In this document: in pieces, positions 22,713 through 32,608 of the stretch
How the letters are laid out: every line of letters begins with the position of its first letter
How positions within the stretch are numbered: position 1 is the stretch's first letter
IMG/VR virus record: IMGVR_UViG_3300025782_000009
DNA length: 64,000 nucleotides
Origin: a virus
Lineage: Duplodnaviria; Heunggongvirae; Uroviricota; Caudoviricetes
Reading direction: 5' to 3' (one strand)
Made by a program: the position numbers and the translations under genes
Notes under the pieces: generated by a model
What the model saw: only the letters and a program-made list of their open reading frames with translations
Databases searched by the model: none
Told to the model about the DNA's origin: nothing

Positions 22713-22986
22713 TCAATACCCCAATTCAGGAACCCTGAACATTAACAAGTTTAAAAAGGAGGGAGACAAGTCCCCCAATTTAAACGGTGAATTAAAGATG
22801 GAGCGCAGCGCTTTAAAACAGCTGCTGGACGAGCAGGGCGATGAAATTAGTATCAAGATATCAGCCTGGACGATGCCGGATTACGGTCACGGCAAATGGC
22901 TTAGGCTTGCCTGGAACAACTATAAATTGGAAAAGCCGGCTTCTCCGAAACAGCAATCCATAGAAGATGAAGACATCCCCTTCTGA
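22699..22986 (+). CDS. Small SSB-like protein with a C-terminal acidic DIPF tail
   Basis: It ends ...SIEDEDIPF, the hallmark SSB C-terminal tip (DDDIPF). The N-terminal part only weakly resembles an OB fold. Confidence 0.5.
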   Translation: MPSPNQYPNSGTLNINKFKKEGDKSPNLNGELKMERSALKQLLDEQGDEISIKISAWTMPDYGHGKWLRLAWNNYKLEKPASPKQQSIEDEDIPF

Positions 22987-23408
22987 TGGAAACGCTACAG
23001 TTTGAGGGAGTAAAGGTCGCATTAAAGCAGGATAAAACCGGCTATATGCTGACCTTGAACGTACACCCGGACGAGATACCAGACCAGCTGATGCGTGACT
23101 TTGTAGGAGCCAGGTATCAGGTGGTAATGGTACGTCTTGACGGAAATGAGAAACCCATGAACCGGGAACAGGAATACTCCCCAGACATGGTTAGATCATC
23201 CGCAATACTGTGCCGCGATCCAAGCTTTTGGAAGTTCTTGGTTGAAACCAATCAGACCTTTGACGCAAGCGAGGAAACGGCTACAGCATGGCTAAAGCAA
23301 GAACTAGGAATTGAATCCAGGACGGAGCTTAAAACAAACAAAGAGGCTGCAAGCCAGTACAAATTTATATTTAAGGAGTTCCAATCATGGAAGCAAGCAA
23401 ACGGTTAA
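22986..23408 (+). CDS. Hypothetical protein (140 aa)
   Basis: ORF with ATGA coupling. Confidence 0.5.
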   Translation: METLQFEGVKVALKQDKTGYMLTLNVHPDEIPDQLMRDFVGARYQVVMVRLDGNEKPMNREQEYSPDMVRSSAILCRDPSFWKFLVETNQTFDASEETATAWLKQELGIESRTELKTNKEAASQYKFIFKEFQSWKQANG

Positions 23409-23668
23409 TTCCGTACAGCGTACATCTCACCCCAGAGATATACGATAAGCTGAAAGAGCTAGCCCAGGAGCGTAAAGCTTCTAAGCTGGTTCGGGATGCC
23501 ATTACAATGATCTTAAATGGCAAGGGAGACTTTGACAGCGGATACGACAAAGGTATTATGGATGCTATAGATATAGTCGCAAATAATACCGTTGCAAACA
23601 AGATATCCTATGAAGAGGACACCATTGCAGATGCGATCATTGACCAACTGGAGATGTTACTGAAATGA
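23387..23668 (+). CDS. Ribbon-helix-helix (CopG/Arc-like) DNA-binding protein
   Basis: The N-terminus RLIPYSVHLTPEIYDKLKELAQERKASKLVRDAITMIL fits a beta-strand then two helices, as in an RHH fold. Confidence 0.55.
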   Translation: MEASKRLIPYSVHLTPEIYDKLKELAQERKASKLVRDAITMILNGKGDFDSGYDKGIMDAIDIVANNTVANKISYEEDTIADAIIDQLEMLLK

Positions 23669-23674
23669 GAAACG

Positions 23675-24049
23675 GTGCACTGGTATTTAAAGGCAAGATG
23701 TTCCGGTGCACCCATTGTGGTATCAAGTGGGCTTCTATCGAACCGGCAGAGGCTCACATCTGTGAAGAACGAAATGCAAAGCAAGAACAAGAAACCACCA
23801 ACCGCATCAGAGAAGAAACACATCCAGAGGGTAAAGGAGATGCCATGTATCATATGCGGCGCATCCTCACCGAGCGATTGCCACGAGATTAAACAGGGTC
23901 AGTGGTTTACTTCTATCCCGCTATGCCGGGATTGCCACATGGGCAGCCACAACGGCATACATGGTCGTAAAGCTATATGGAATGTAAAGCGCCTAGACGA
24001 ACTAGACGCATTAGCCCTCACTATCGAAAAGCTTATAACTGAGCCATAG
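23675..24049 (+). CDS. Small HNH-type endonuclease-like protein. The real start may be internal (about 23844); it overlaps the alternative ORF 23665..23892
   Basis: CIICGASSPSDCHEIKQGQWFTSIPLCRDCHMGSHNG has the pattern CxxCG ... DCHEI ... LCxxCH. Confidence 0.45.
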   Translation: MHWYLKARCSGAPIVVSSGLLSNRQRLTSVKNEMQSKNKKPPTASEKKHIQRVKEMPCIICGASSPSDCHEIKQGQWFTSIPLCRDCHMGSHNGIHGRKAIWNVKRLDELDALALTIEKLITEP

Positions 24050-27000
24050 CACGAAGCTTCTTAATATTTATATTCTTTAAGATCAGCTCTTCTTGTTTGT
24101 GTAGATTCTCAATCTGCTTTTCTTTCTTGTCCGGATCCATGTTCGGCTTGTTGCTGATAATGGCTATAGCGTTTTGGATGTTAGATAGATTCTTAGCTAT
24201 CTTATCTATATCGCTATGCATACCAACCCGCATCTGGTGCTCTTTTGACTTCATGTAATCAGCCGCCTCGCTTGGGGTGCGCTTCTTAATATCATTGAAC
24301 GTAGCAGATGCTTTGTCTACTTCATCCTTCAGAATATAGAAGTCACGTTTCAAGCCGGTCTGGTTTTCCTTGGATATAAATCCACTAGATCCTGGGACAG
24401 AGGCAAGCACATCATGCCAGCCAATCGTAGGTCTTTCTACATTTGGATCTGTGTGCAGGATTGGATTGGTCAGCATAAGCGTTAGACCGCCAACAGAACC
24501 AAACATACCGCGGATGATATGGTCAGCGTTGATAGGCGCAATCAACCCGGTCTTACCAAGTACCTTACCAAGCTCAGATGTTGAGTCATTGAACTGCCTG
24601 GATACATCCTCCTTCAGCATGAACGGATTGATCAGGTTGCGGTTCTGGAAAAAGTCATAGTTCAGTGCAACTTCAACTGCTGGCTTGATAGCCTGGGGAA
24701 CAGGAGTAGGAGCCATCAAAGATGAAGTCAAAGCTGATGCCATTGAATCTCTAAACTTACGCCCGTCTTCTGTAGCGTTGTTGGTCATCAATAAATACAG
24801 GTGCTCTGTAATGATCTTTGGAATGGTAAAGACATCGTTCCTGAGTGGAATGCTGAGACCGCCAGATCCAGGGATCATTAGCAGTCTATCCCGTACAGTC
24901 GTTGGCTTCTTTAGGTAGTCATCATCGTCACCGTTCATCATTGCGTACAGCAAAGATAAAGCCATAACAGATCCGGTAGTCATAGCAAGGGTTTGTAATC
25001 CTGCCTTCCTCTCGGTCGGGGATATGCCCTCGCCGGTAATGGTTTTGAATGCTACGTTTTGAACAGCAAGGTAGGCATTGAAGAACGGTATAACTTGGCT
25101 AACTACGCGCAGGGTGGTAGATGTACCCCTCCTACGCACGTTAAACACCTCAAAGGCTTTCTCAATAGCCTCACCGCGGGTCAGTCCTGCCGATACAGAT
25201 GCCTCGTATACAGCTTGTCTAACAGCGTTATCTGATGCCATAGAGATATGCTTGAGCATACCTTTGACCTTGCCCCATCCGCCTGGTGGTGGTTTAACGC
25301 CGGCATAAACCTCAGCATCTCTACGCGCCAGATCAGATGTAAAGTCTGTATATCCTACAGCTCTGTACTTCTTAAGCTCCTCATGGGTTGTACTGGTACG
25401 TCTAAGCGTCTTAACAAACTCCTTGGCTGCAAGCGCAGGGATTCTCAGGGCGTACTGTGGAGACAAGCCGGACGTAAAGATAGCGGAGAACGCATCTTGT
25501 GGTACTTGGCTGACCGCAAAGAGCGGGTTCATTACAACAGATTCTCTAAGGATGTTTGCAAACTTGGAGAAGAACTTAACAGTAGGAACAGATACCGCCT
25601 GGATACCGGCAAAGGCATCTACAAAGAGCGGATCCTTCATGTCGTAAAACTCTTCCTTACCATCTCTCCAAATGCGAACCACGTTAGCATTCTTAATGGG
25701 ATGAGGAATCTTCTTAGCTATACCAAGGCTTTCCAAGTCCTTGCTCATAGCTGTATCAATCATCGCCTTAGCCTGGGAGTTTCTGATGGAACGGTTATAT
25801 GAATACTCGATCCACTTCGCCATGTTGTCCACGATATTGGCAACTGGTCTTTCAGATCCGGTCATCTTGAACTCTCTGGCTTTAACCATCAAGCCGGATA
25901 GATAGTTCTTATCTCCGCCTTTAGCCTCTTCCTCCTCGAACTCGCGCTGGAACGGAACGTAGTCAATGTTTGACATCATCTGCTCTGCGTACTCTTCACT
26001 CCACAGACCAGACTCAACCAGAGCGTCCTTAGCGTTGTTTCTCATGCCCTGCCAGATATCCACAGTATCTTGCAGCTCAGGCATAGACTTAAAGAAATCA
26101 AGACCTGTAGCAATCTGCTCGTCCGATAGATGAATAAGCTTTGGCTTTTGCTTGGCAAGATTCTCAAACCTAGAGATAGCAGCCTTCACTTCTGCCCTCT
26201 GCGCCTTGGTATCAGGATCATTCCCGGTCAGGCTGTTCAGTAGTTCATTGAGAGCCTCGATCTCTTCAGGAGCGCTGGCAATAGATGCGTTGAAGTCTTT
26301 CAGCGACTGGGTACGTCTAGCCTCAAACGCCATGTGCGTAACAAGCTCTGCCTCCTGGTACGTCATGTTGTACTTATTGGCAAACTCACTAATTGATTTA
26401 ATAAGTTCTTTTAAGTTGTATCTATCCTTTACAACCTCCCACTTCTGAACATCATCATCGTATCCCAGCTTTCCATCAAGCAGTGCACCATTGGCAACAA
26501 TATCAGCACCAACAGCTTGGCTGGTACTGATATTAAGCCGGTTTCTAACCTTATCACTCATCTCGCCATCCGCTTGCATGATGCCGCGTTTGATGTTGTT
26601 ATTGAATGCAGAGTCACTGCTAAATATCCAGGTCTGTATCTTGTCAGAGAACTTGGTAGCAGCTTTTTTGGCATCTTCTATAGCCATGCCAGGATTGTCT
26701 ATAGCGTTATCCCAGTAGCTCTTAAGGTTCTCGTAGAAACTCTTTGGTTGCTCTTCTACTTCACGACCCATATCCCTTAATGAATCAAGTGCATCTCTGC
26801 CCGCGCCAGTGGCTTGACTTGGCTGGATTGGAGATTCCTCTGCGGTCATCTTTGGATTTGATTTCAGCCTTCCCGGAGGGGCTTGAGGAGTAGTTGGAAC
26901 ACCTAATGTGTACCCTTTCTTTTCCAGATCTTTAGCAATCTCTAGCGCTGGATTTTCAAACATATCAGTAGATATTCTGATTAATCTATCCAATGCTGTT

Positions 27001-30000
27001 TCGTATTCTGGAGATAAATTTAAAACCTTACGGACAAACTCCATCAATTTATCAAGAGCAGTCTTATTGCCAACTTTAATTCCAGCCAAATATTTCTGCA
27101 TTGCAGGATCGGTCAATCCTTGCGTAATAAACTCAGCATAGAAATCACCCTCTACACCTGTTGATTTTTTAAAGGCATAATTAATTGAGAATTCATCTCT
27201 AATATATTTGCCTTCTTTCTTGTCCTTTCTCCATTGTTTATGAACAAGCTTTCTTAAATCATCTAATTCTTTTACGAGAGGATTATCTGTGCCAAGGAAT
27301 TTAATTTCCGCCAAAGAAATAAGATGTATAAATTCATGCGCTAAGACTTCAAAAGTAGAACCCTTCTCGCCATTAATTTCCATTATGAAATTTATTTTCC
27401 CAAGACCTGAAGGACTAAATACTCTACCCAAAGATGAACGTTTTTTATTCATTACATATTTGGTAGAAAAAGTCATTGGTACGCCGCGGCGATCAAACTC
27501 TTGTACTTTGCGAAGAATGTGTTCAGCTATTCCTTTGTGATATGAGTCATGCGCTATATCAACTAAAATCTGCGCTGCCTCAACAATATTTTTACCATTT
27601 AACCTTTTAAGCAATTCTGCTTTGCTCAACTGAGGCTTTTGGAAAAAAGTATCTTTTGTTGGCGGCTCATCTGGAGGAGTAAATAAATCTTTCTCTCCTT
27701 CAAATGCCTTTTTAAACACCTCATCCAGCGAGCGTTTGGGAACTTCCCCGAACATATCTGTGTCTGTTCTGTTGTGCTCTTCAAGCGCGGCATTAGCTAA
27801 GTTATTTAATCCTTCGGTAATCTTCTTACCCGACCTGCCAGAGTCTGCAAACATTTGAAGAATTCTTTGGGTATAAGGATTAGTCCCTATATCCATTTGC
27901 TTAGCCATATCTTCAAGCGGTATATTTCTACGCCTTGCATTAACCGCTGCTTCTGCGGCTTGGGTTACATAAGGACGGATATCGTACTCTCCAGCGCCAT
28001 CAAGCTGCGCCATCTTAGGAGCAACGGTTCCAAGTGAATTTAATACAAGTCTTGACTCAGCATCCCTGGTTGGCCCATACAGATTAATTAACTGCTCATT
28101 GCCATATGCCTTCCAAAACACAGCATTCATCAAACGATCTTCTGCTTTCTTTGAAGGCTGACCAAACAAGTCCTTTAAATCAGGATGCTCTGATACCGGC
28201 ATCGCATTAACAAAGTCCCGCAATGAATCAATATGCGGATCACCGTTATCATAAAATTTCAAAGAATTAATATCTATTCGGTTGGCATCTTGTTTGGCTG
28301 AATCAATAGCTGACAAACCAGAGATACCAGATACGTTTGATATATCACCAATGTTAGGCGTAATAAAAGACTTAGGCATCACCCGCACCAACACGGGCTG
28401 CTTCATGTCCGCAATAGTCTTGGGATCAATGCCGTGGGCTGCATCGTTAACCAACTCTTCCTTGTACTTGCCAGCTGTTCCGCGCTGATAAGCCTCTTGT
28501 ATACCTGCTACACGACCATTACCCGCAACCGGGCGAATAGCAGAGACAGATAAATCCTGGTACTCAGCATTCTTTGTGCCATCATGGGAATGAGATGGTA
28601 GCAATTCATGTGCATCAACAACTGCATACCTAACTGGAATCTTTGTTCCGTCAGATGCTGTGGTCATCTCATAGTTTCCAAGCTGGTTTTCGTTTAGCTT
28701 CTCATCGGTCATAACCACTGGAGCGCCAGAACCAAAACTGCGAGATATGCTTAAATCGTTATATCTTGGATTAGCTGCAACACCTTGCATTTGCTGAATA
28801 GATGCATCTGTAGATCTGTCTCTATTTTGAAAGACCGTACTGGATGCGTCTGGCAACCCTTGGTGGTAATTCTCAAAGTGCTGAGACAAGTCTGGATTTG
28901 CACCTGGCGCAACATTTCCCGGTGGAGTAGTAGGAGGATTGACCGGAGGCGTGGCAGGTGGAGTCTCAGGAGCAGCTGGAGGAGCGGGCGGAGTAGTACC
29001 CGGCTTTTGTGCGGCTGCTGGCTTCTGAAGCAAACCCATACCACCGGCAGTACCAATAGCACCAATACCCGCCTGGGCAGCAGTGCGTCCAAGATTCTCT
29101 GTTAACTCTGCATTAGGATCTACCTGTTGCTGAGCTACGTTCTGAGCAAGCTGTCCACCAACTTCCTCAATCTCTTCACTGGGTAGCTCACCAAGGGCGA
29201 GACCTGCTGCATTACGCAACCTACCTGCTTTACCTGCTTTACCTGCCAATGCCTCAGCAAACCTGTGTCCGCCTGGTAGATTCTGAGCGCCAAGGGATAT
29301 AGCTGCACCTGCAACACCAGTAGCCCTAGCGTACTTCAATGCTCTTTCTTTAGCCTCGTCCTCTGGTACGCCATCAGCAATCATCTTGTCATAGGTTGCT
29401 TTGTATACCTGTGCACCTACGTCAGAGCCTTGCTGTAAAGCACCAGTACCGATAGCAGCCCGTGCGCCAGACTTAACGGCAGCAGCTTGAGCAGCTTCAG
29501 CAGCAGCCTTCTCGGCAGCAGTACCTACGGCTTTCCTAGCGGCAGCTCTAGATGCGGCAACAGCAGGAGATAGTTCAGGAGCAGCAATAGCAGCAATAAT
29601 AGCCGGCAATTGTTCAGGTAACTGCTGGGCAATAAAGTTAAGACCAAGACCAAATGGGTCTTTGATTGTCTCTAATGCTTCACGACCAAGGGCGCTGAGC
29701 TGTCCACTCTTTTCCGCTTCTTTGACCTTCTCTTCTTTGAGTTGTTCCCTAGCTTTTAAACCAGGAGACTTCATCTCTTCGCCGTACTGTTGCAGCTTAT
29801 TACCAATAGCCATTACGCCGGTATCGGAGAAATCTCCAGTAGCCAGACCATACATCTGCGGTACAAACTTAGCTGCACCACCAACGCCAGATACTAATCC
29901 AGCACCAATGTCCGTTGCAGCCTGACCAAACGTCCTGCTTGTATCAGGAGCTTTGGGTGGCGGCGGAGCGGGTAGATCAGAAATGTCTACTGGTCTAGGC

Positions 30001-30035
30001 TTGGTAGGATCCGGTAAATCGCTAATATCAATCAT
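24033..30035 (-). CDS. Giant virion-associated or ejection protein (2000 aa) with a zincin-like HExxH motif, Ala-rich and Pro-rich N-terminal segments
   Basis: A continuous 6-kb ORF at the end of the late operon. FEVLAHEFIHLISLAE contains HExxH. Features include an N-terminal DISDLP repeat, an Ala/Gly-rich helix region and a PPAPPAAPETPPATPPVNPPTTPP linker. Confidence 0.8.
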   Translation of the reverse strand: MIDISDLPDPTKPRPVDISDLPAPPPPKAPDTSRTFGQAATDIGAGLVSGVGGAAKFVPQMYGLATGDFSDTGVMAIGNKLQQYGEEMKSPGLKAREQLKEEKVKEAEKSGQLSALGREALETIKDPFGLGLNFIAQQLPEQLPAIIAAIAAPELSPAVAASRAAARKAVGTAAEKAAAEAAQAAAVKSGARAAIGTGALQQGSDVGAQVYKATYDKMIADGVPEDEAKERALKYARATGVAGAAISLGAQNLPGGHRFAEALAGKAGKAGRLRNAAGLALGELPSEEIEEVGGQLAQNVAQQQVDPNAELTENLGRTAAQAGIGAIGTAGGMGLLQKPAAAQKPGTTPPAPPAAPETPPATPPVNPPTTPPGNVAPGANPDLSQHFENYHQGLPDASSTVFQNRDRSTDASIQQMQGVAANPRYNDLSISRSFGSGAPVVMTDEKLNENQLGNYEMTTASDGTKIPVRYAVVDAHELLPSHSHDGTKNAEYQDLSVSAIRPVAGNGRVAGIQEAYQRGTAGKYKEELVNDAAHGIDPKTIADMKQPVLVRVMPKSFITPNIGDISNVSGISGLSAIDSAKQDANRIDINSLKFYDNGDPHIDSLRDFVNAMPVSEHPDLKDLFGQPSKKAEDRLMNAVFWKAYGNEQLINLYGPTRDAESRLVLNSLGTVAPKMAQLDGAGEYDIRPYVTQAAEAAVNARRRNIPLEDMAKQMDIGTNPYTQRILQMFADSGRSGKKITEGLNNLANAALEEHNRTDTDMFGEVPKRSLDEVFKKAFEGEKDLFTPPDEPPTKDTFFQKPQLSKAELLKRLNGKNIVEAAQILVDIAHDSYHKGIAEHILRKVQEFDRRGVPMTFSTKYVMNKKRSSLGRVFSPSGLGKINFIMEINGEKGSTFEVLAHEFIHLISLAEIKFLGTDNPLVKELDDLRKLVHKQWRKDKKEGKYIRDEFSINYAFKKSTGVEGDFYAEFITQGLTDPAMQKYLAGIKVGNKTALDKLMEFVRKVLNLSPEYETALDRLIRISTDMFENPALEIAKDLEKKGYTLGVPTTPQAPPGRLKSNPKMTAEESPIQPSQATGAGRDALDSLRDMGREVEEQPKSFYENLKSYWDNAIDNPGMAIEDAKKAATKFSDKIQTWIFSSDSAFNNNIKRGIMQADGEMSDKVRNRLNISTSQAVGADIVANGALLDGKLGYDDDVQKWEVVKDRYNLKELIKSISEFANKYNMTYQEAELVTHMAFEARRTQSLKDFNASIASAPEEIEALNELLNSLTGNDPDTKAQRAEVKAAISRFENLAKQKPKLIHLSDEQIATGLDFFKSMPELQDTVDIWQGMRNNAKDALVESGLWSEEYAEQMMSNIDYVPFQREFEEEEAKGGDKNYLSGLMVKAREFKMTGSERPVANIVDNMAKWIEYSYNRSIRNSQAKAMIDTAMSKDLESLGIAKKIPHPIKNANVVRIWRDGKEEFYDMKDPLFVDAFAGIQAVSVPTVKFFSKFANILRESVVMNPLFAVSQVPQDAFSAIFTSGLSPQYALRIPALAAKEFVKTLRRTSTTHEELKKYRAVGYTDFTSDLARRDAEVYAGVKPPPGGWGKVKGMLKHISMASDNAVRQAVYEASVSAGLTRGEAIEKAFEVFNVRRRGTSTTLRVVSQVIPFFNAYLAVQNVAFKTITGEGISPTERKAGLQTLAMTTGSVMALSLLYAMMNGDDDDYLKKPTTVRDRLLMIPGSGGLSIPLRNDVFTIPKIITEHLYLLMTNNATEDGRKFRDSMASALTSSLMAPTPVPQAIKPAVEVALNYDFFQNRNLINPFMLKEDVSRQFNDSTSELGKVLGKTGLIAPINADHIIRGMFGSVGGLTLMLTNPILHTDPNVERPTIGWHDVLASVPGSSGFISKENQTGLKRDFYILKDEVDKASATFNDIKKRTPSEAADYMKSKEHQMRVGMHSDIDKIAKNLSNIQNAIAIISNKPNMDPDKKEKQIENLHKQEELILKNINIKKLRAMAQL

Positions 30036-32608
30036 TATTTATAGCCTTGTTCAGCAAGATACTTCTGGGCAGCTGCTTGATCTCCTTTGAAATGCGTGTC
30101 TGCATAAGCCTTTAATTTAGCACCAGAAGGCATTGCAAGTTGAGCAGTACTTTCCTGACTTTCTCCAGCCATTTTACTTTCCAAATCTTTAAGCTTCTTA
30201 GTGTAATAGGTATAGTTTGCAGCTGCGGCTCTATACTCATCTGTATCAGTGTTGTAGGCATTAGCTTTCATAAAGTCCATAGCTTTATTGGCCATTTGCG
30301 TATAACCTTGAACACCAAGTTTTTCACCAAGTCCAGACTTAATGTTAAACGCAGCAGTTATTCTGTCTGCATATGACATACCTTTATACTTAGGATCGTT
30401 CTTAAGTTCTAAGGCAATATCATTAGCGGTAAGTTCTTTGCCCGCCAAAGTTGCATCCCTGTTCATCTTAGCAATAGCCATTTGCGTGCTAGCACCAAGC
30501 TGAGCTACCGCCATCGCATTCTTAGCCCGCATATCCTCAACATCTCTTGCTGTTTGAGCTTGACTATTTGTGTTGTAAATATTACCGCCAAGCGTAGCAG
30601 CCTTACCCTTATCAGCGTCAATGGCTGCCGTGATATTGTTAAGGTCTGTCATCTTCTCGCCTCTGGTCTTATCTTTAGCCTGGCGGATCATATCGTGATA
30701 TTTCTCTGCATGAGCCTGGTCAGATAAGCGCTGAGCAGTCACAAAGTTTTCTTCCTCTACACCACCGCCAGCCAATCCACCCCTGGCAATACCATTGAGC
30801 ACCTTGAGGAAATGCTCCATGCTCTTGTCTTGACGCTTGTATTCCTCGTCAAAGTGTTTAGCTTGCTCAGCCAATGAATCACCGGCTTCATCAGAAATAC
30901 CCAGAGCTTTCTTGCCTTCAGCAAGGTCTTGGATTCTTTTCTTAGCATCATCTACCTTTAGACCCGCCATCATGGCTTCATTTGCCAATCTTGTAACTTC
31001 ATTACTTGGGGGAACCAGTGCAGCTGCTATGCCAGTCTTCTTATCTTCTGGCGCGGCAGCAACAAGAGGAGCGGCTTCTTTAGCTTTCTCGCGTCTTCTT
31101 TCCTCGTGTCTTTTCTCTTCGTTCTTTGGTAAAGCTTCTGTGATTCCACCCGCAGTTGTAAAAGGGTTTGGCGCAGTAGTAGTTTGAGCAGCAGCGGGAG
31201 CGGCAGCAGGAGTTGGTATATTGCTTTGACCATTCATCAAAGCATTTCTATTGTTTAGCAATGACGCTGCATTTGCTTGAGCATCAGCAGATGGGGCGTT
31301 AGCAGCGGGAGCGGTTCTTGTTCCACCCAATCTTGGGTTGGTGGATGCAGGAGCATTGCTAAAGAAGTTTCCTATAGAATCATATATACCCTGGAATGGG
31401 GATGGAACATTGCCTCTTACATGAGGAGCTACGCCAGTATCTAACTGGGGTAGGCTCATTGGTGTATATGTATTAGCTGCTGCCGCCCTGGCATTAGCAA
31501 GCGTATTCCCAGGAACGATGCCTGGATCAGCAGTCACTGCATTTAACTGTGCATTGATTGCAGCAGGGTCAATGTTTGTCCCGGGAGGAGGACTAGCAGG
31601 AGCTTGCTGAACTACTGGCGCGGGTTGAGCTACCGGTGCAGGTTGAACTACTGGAGCTGTACTTCCCGCGGATGGAGCAGGTTGAGGAACCGCCCTAGCT
31701 CTAGCATCAGCAAGTGTATTGCCTGGAACAATACCTGGATCAGCAGTAATAGCGTTAAGTTGAGCATCTAAATCAGCAGGAGACAAAGTAACTTTGCTTC
31801 CGCTTTTTCCATCAAATCCAAGTATTCCACCTTCTTTAAAGTGGTACATATGCTCAGGCACATGATGCATCAGACCGCCATGAGCTGCGGCAATAGGCTG
31901 CTGCGAGCTGTATTGACCAAGCTGGCTAAGTGACAAGTCTTGGCTAATAGGCGCTGCTTCTGTCCCTGGTCTAGCTTGAGGGCGAGTAGCAAACACCATA
32001 GATGCATAGTTCTGCATAGGCATAGCCTGTCCGGGCTGGGGAGCTGCTACTCCCGTTTGCTGAGCTTGCTGAGGAACGGCAGCAACGCTATTTTGATTGA
32101 TAGCTTGCATGAGCTGAGCCAATTGCTGAGCACGTTGAACTTGCTGGTTTTGCTGAGCCTGTCCACCGCTTGCAAATGATGCAATACCGCCGGATGCTTT
32201 CTGAACCGGCTCTGGAGCACCTTGTGTTTGAGGGGCTACTTGAGTAGGCAATATACCCATAGCAGATCCAGGAGGCATTTGTTGTGGTTGAAGAGCTGCG
32301 ATACCTTGCGCCCCAGGTTTAGCTTGCGCTTGTGGGGGAACGGCTGGCATAGGAGGAGTAGGTGCAGTAGGAGCTTGTGTCATTCCTTGAGATAACTTTT
32401 GAGCAACGGTAGGCATGGGTTGCTGTTGCGCTGCTTGCTGTTGTTGGAGCTGTTTATCAGAGTTAGCCACCATCATAGCAGCTAGTTTCTTAGCAGGATC
32501 AGGGCTATTGATATCCTGCGCCGCTTGCTGCGGAGGAAGATTCTTCATCATATCAAATATTTTGCCCAGGCTAGGCATGGATATAGGTGTGTAGTTTTGC
32601 ATTGTCAT
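30035..32608 (-). CDS. Large Q/A/P-rich structural protein (857 aa) with an internal repeat and an HGG/His-rich patch
   Basis: The internal repeat LNAITADPGIVPGNTLADARA / LNAVTADPGIVPGNTLANARA occurs twice. AAHGGLMHHVPEHMYHFKEGGILGFDGKSGS is shared with the 794-aa neighbour. Confidence 0.7.
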   Translation of the reverse strand: MTMQNYTPISMPSLGKIFDMMKNLPPQQAAQDINSPDPAKKLAAMMVANSDKQLQQQQAAQQQPMPTVAQKLSQGMTQAPTAPTPPMPAVPPQAQAKPGAQGIAALQPQQMPPGSAMGILPTQVAPQTQGAPEPVQKASGGIASFASGGQAQQNQQVQRAQQLAQLMQAINQNSVAAVPQQAQQTGVAAPQPGQAMPMQNYASMVFATRPQARPGTEAAPISQDLSLSQLGQYSSQQPIAAAHGGLMHHVPEHMYHFKEGGILGFDGKSGSKVTLSPADLDAQLNAITADPGIVPGNTLADARARAVPQPAPSAGSTAPVVQPAPVAQPAPVVQQAPASPPPGTNIDPAAINAQLNAVTADPGIVPGNTLANARAAAANTYTPMSLPQLDTGVAPHVRGNVPSPFQGIYDSIGNFFSNAPASTNPRLGGTRTAPAANAPSADAQANAASLLNNRNALMNGQSNIPTPAAAPAAAQTTTAPNPFTTAGGITEALPKNEEKRHEERRREKAKEAAPLVAAAPEDKKTGIAAALVPPSNEVTRLANEAMMAGLKVDDAKKRIQDLAEGKKALGISDEAGDSLAEQAKHFDEEYKRQDKSMEHFLKVLNGIARGGLAGGGVEEENFVTAQRLSDQAHAEKYHDMIRQAKDKTRGEKMTDLNNITAAIDADKGKAATLGGNIYNTNSQAQTARDVEDMRAKNAMAVAQLGASTQMAIAKMNRDATLAGKELTANDIALELKNDPKYKGMSYADRITAAFNIKSGLGEKLGVQGYTQMANKAMDFMKANAYNTDTDEYRAAAANYTYYTKKLKDLESKMAGESQESTAQLAMPSGAKLKAYADTHFKGDQAAAQKYLAEQGYK

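Noticed and set aside
23665-23892. Alternative 75-aa ORF overlapping the HNH-like ORF
   Set aside because: It has a plausible Cys/His N-terminus but overlaps 23675..24049 over its whole length. The two cannot be resolved without expression data, and only the HNH-motif frame is reported.
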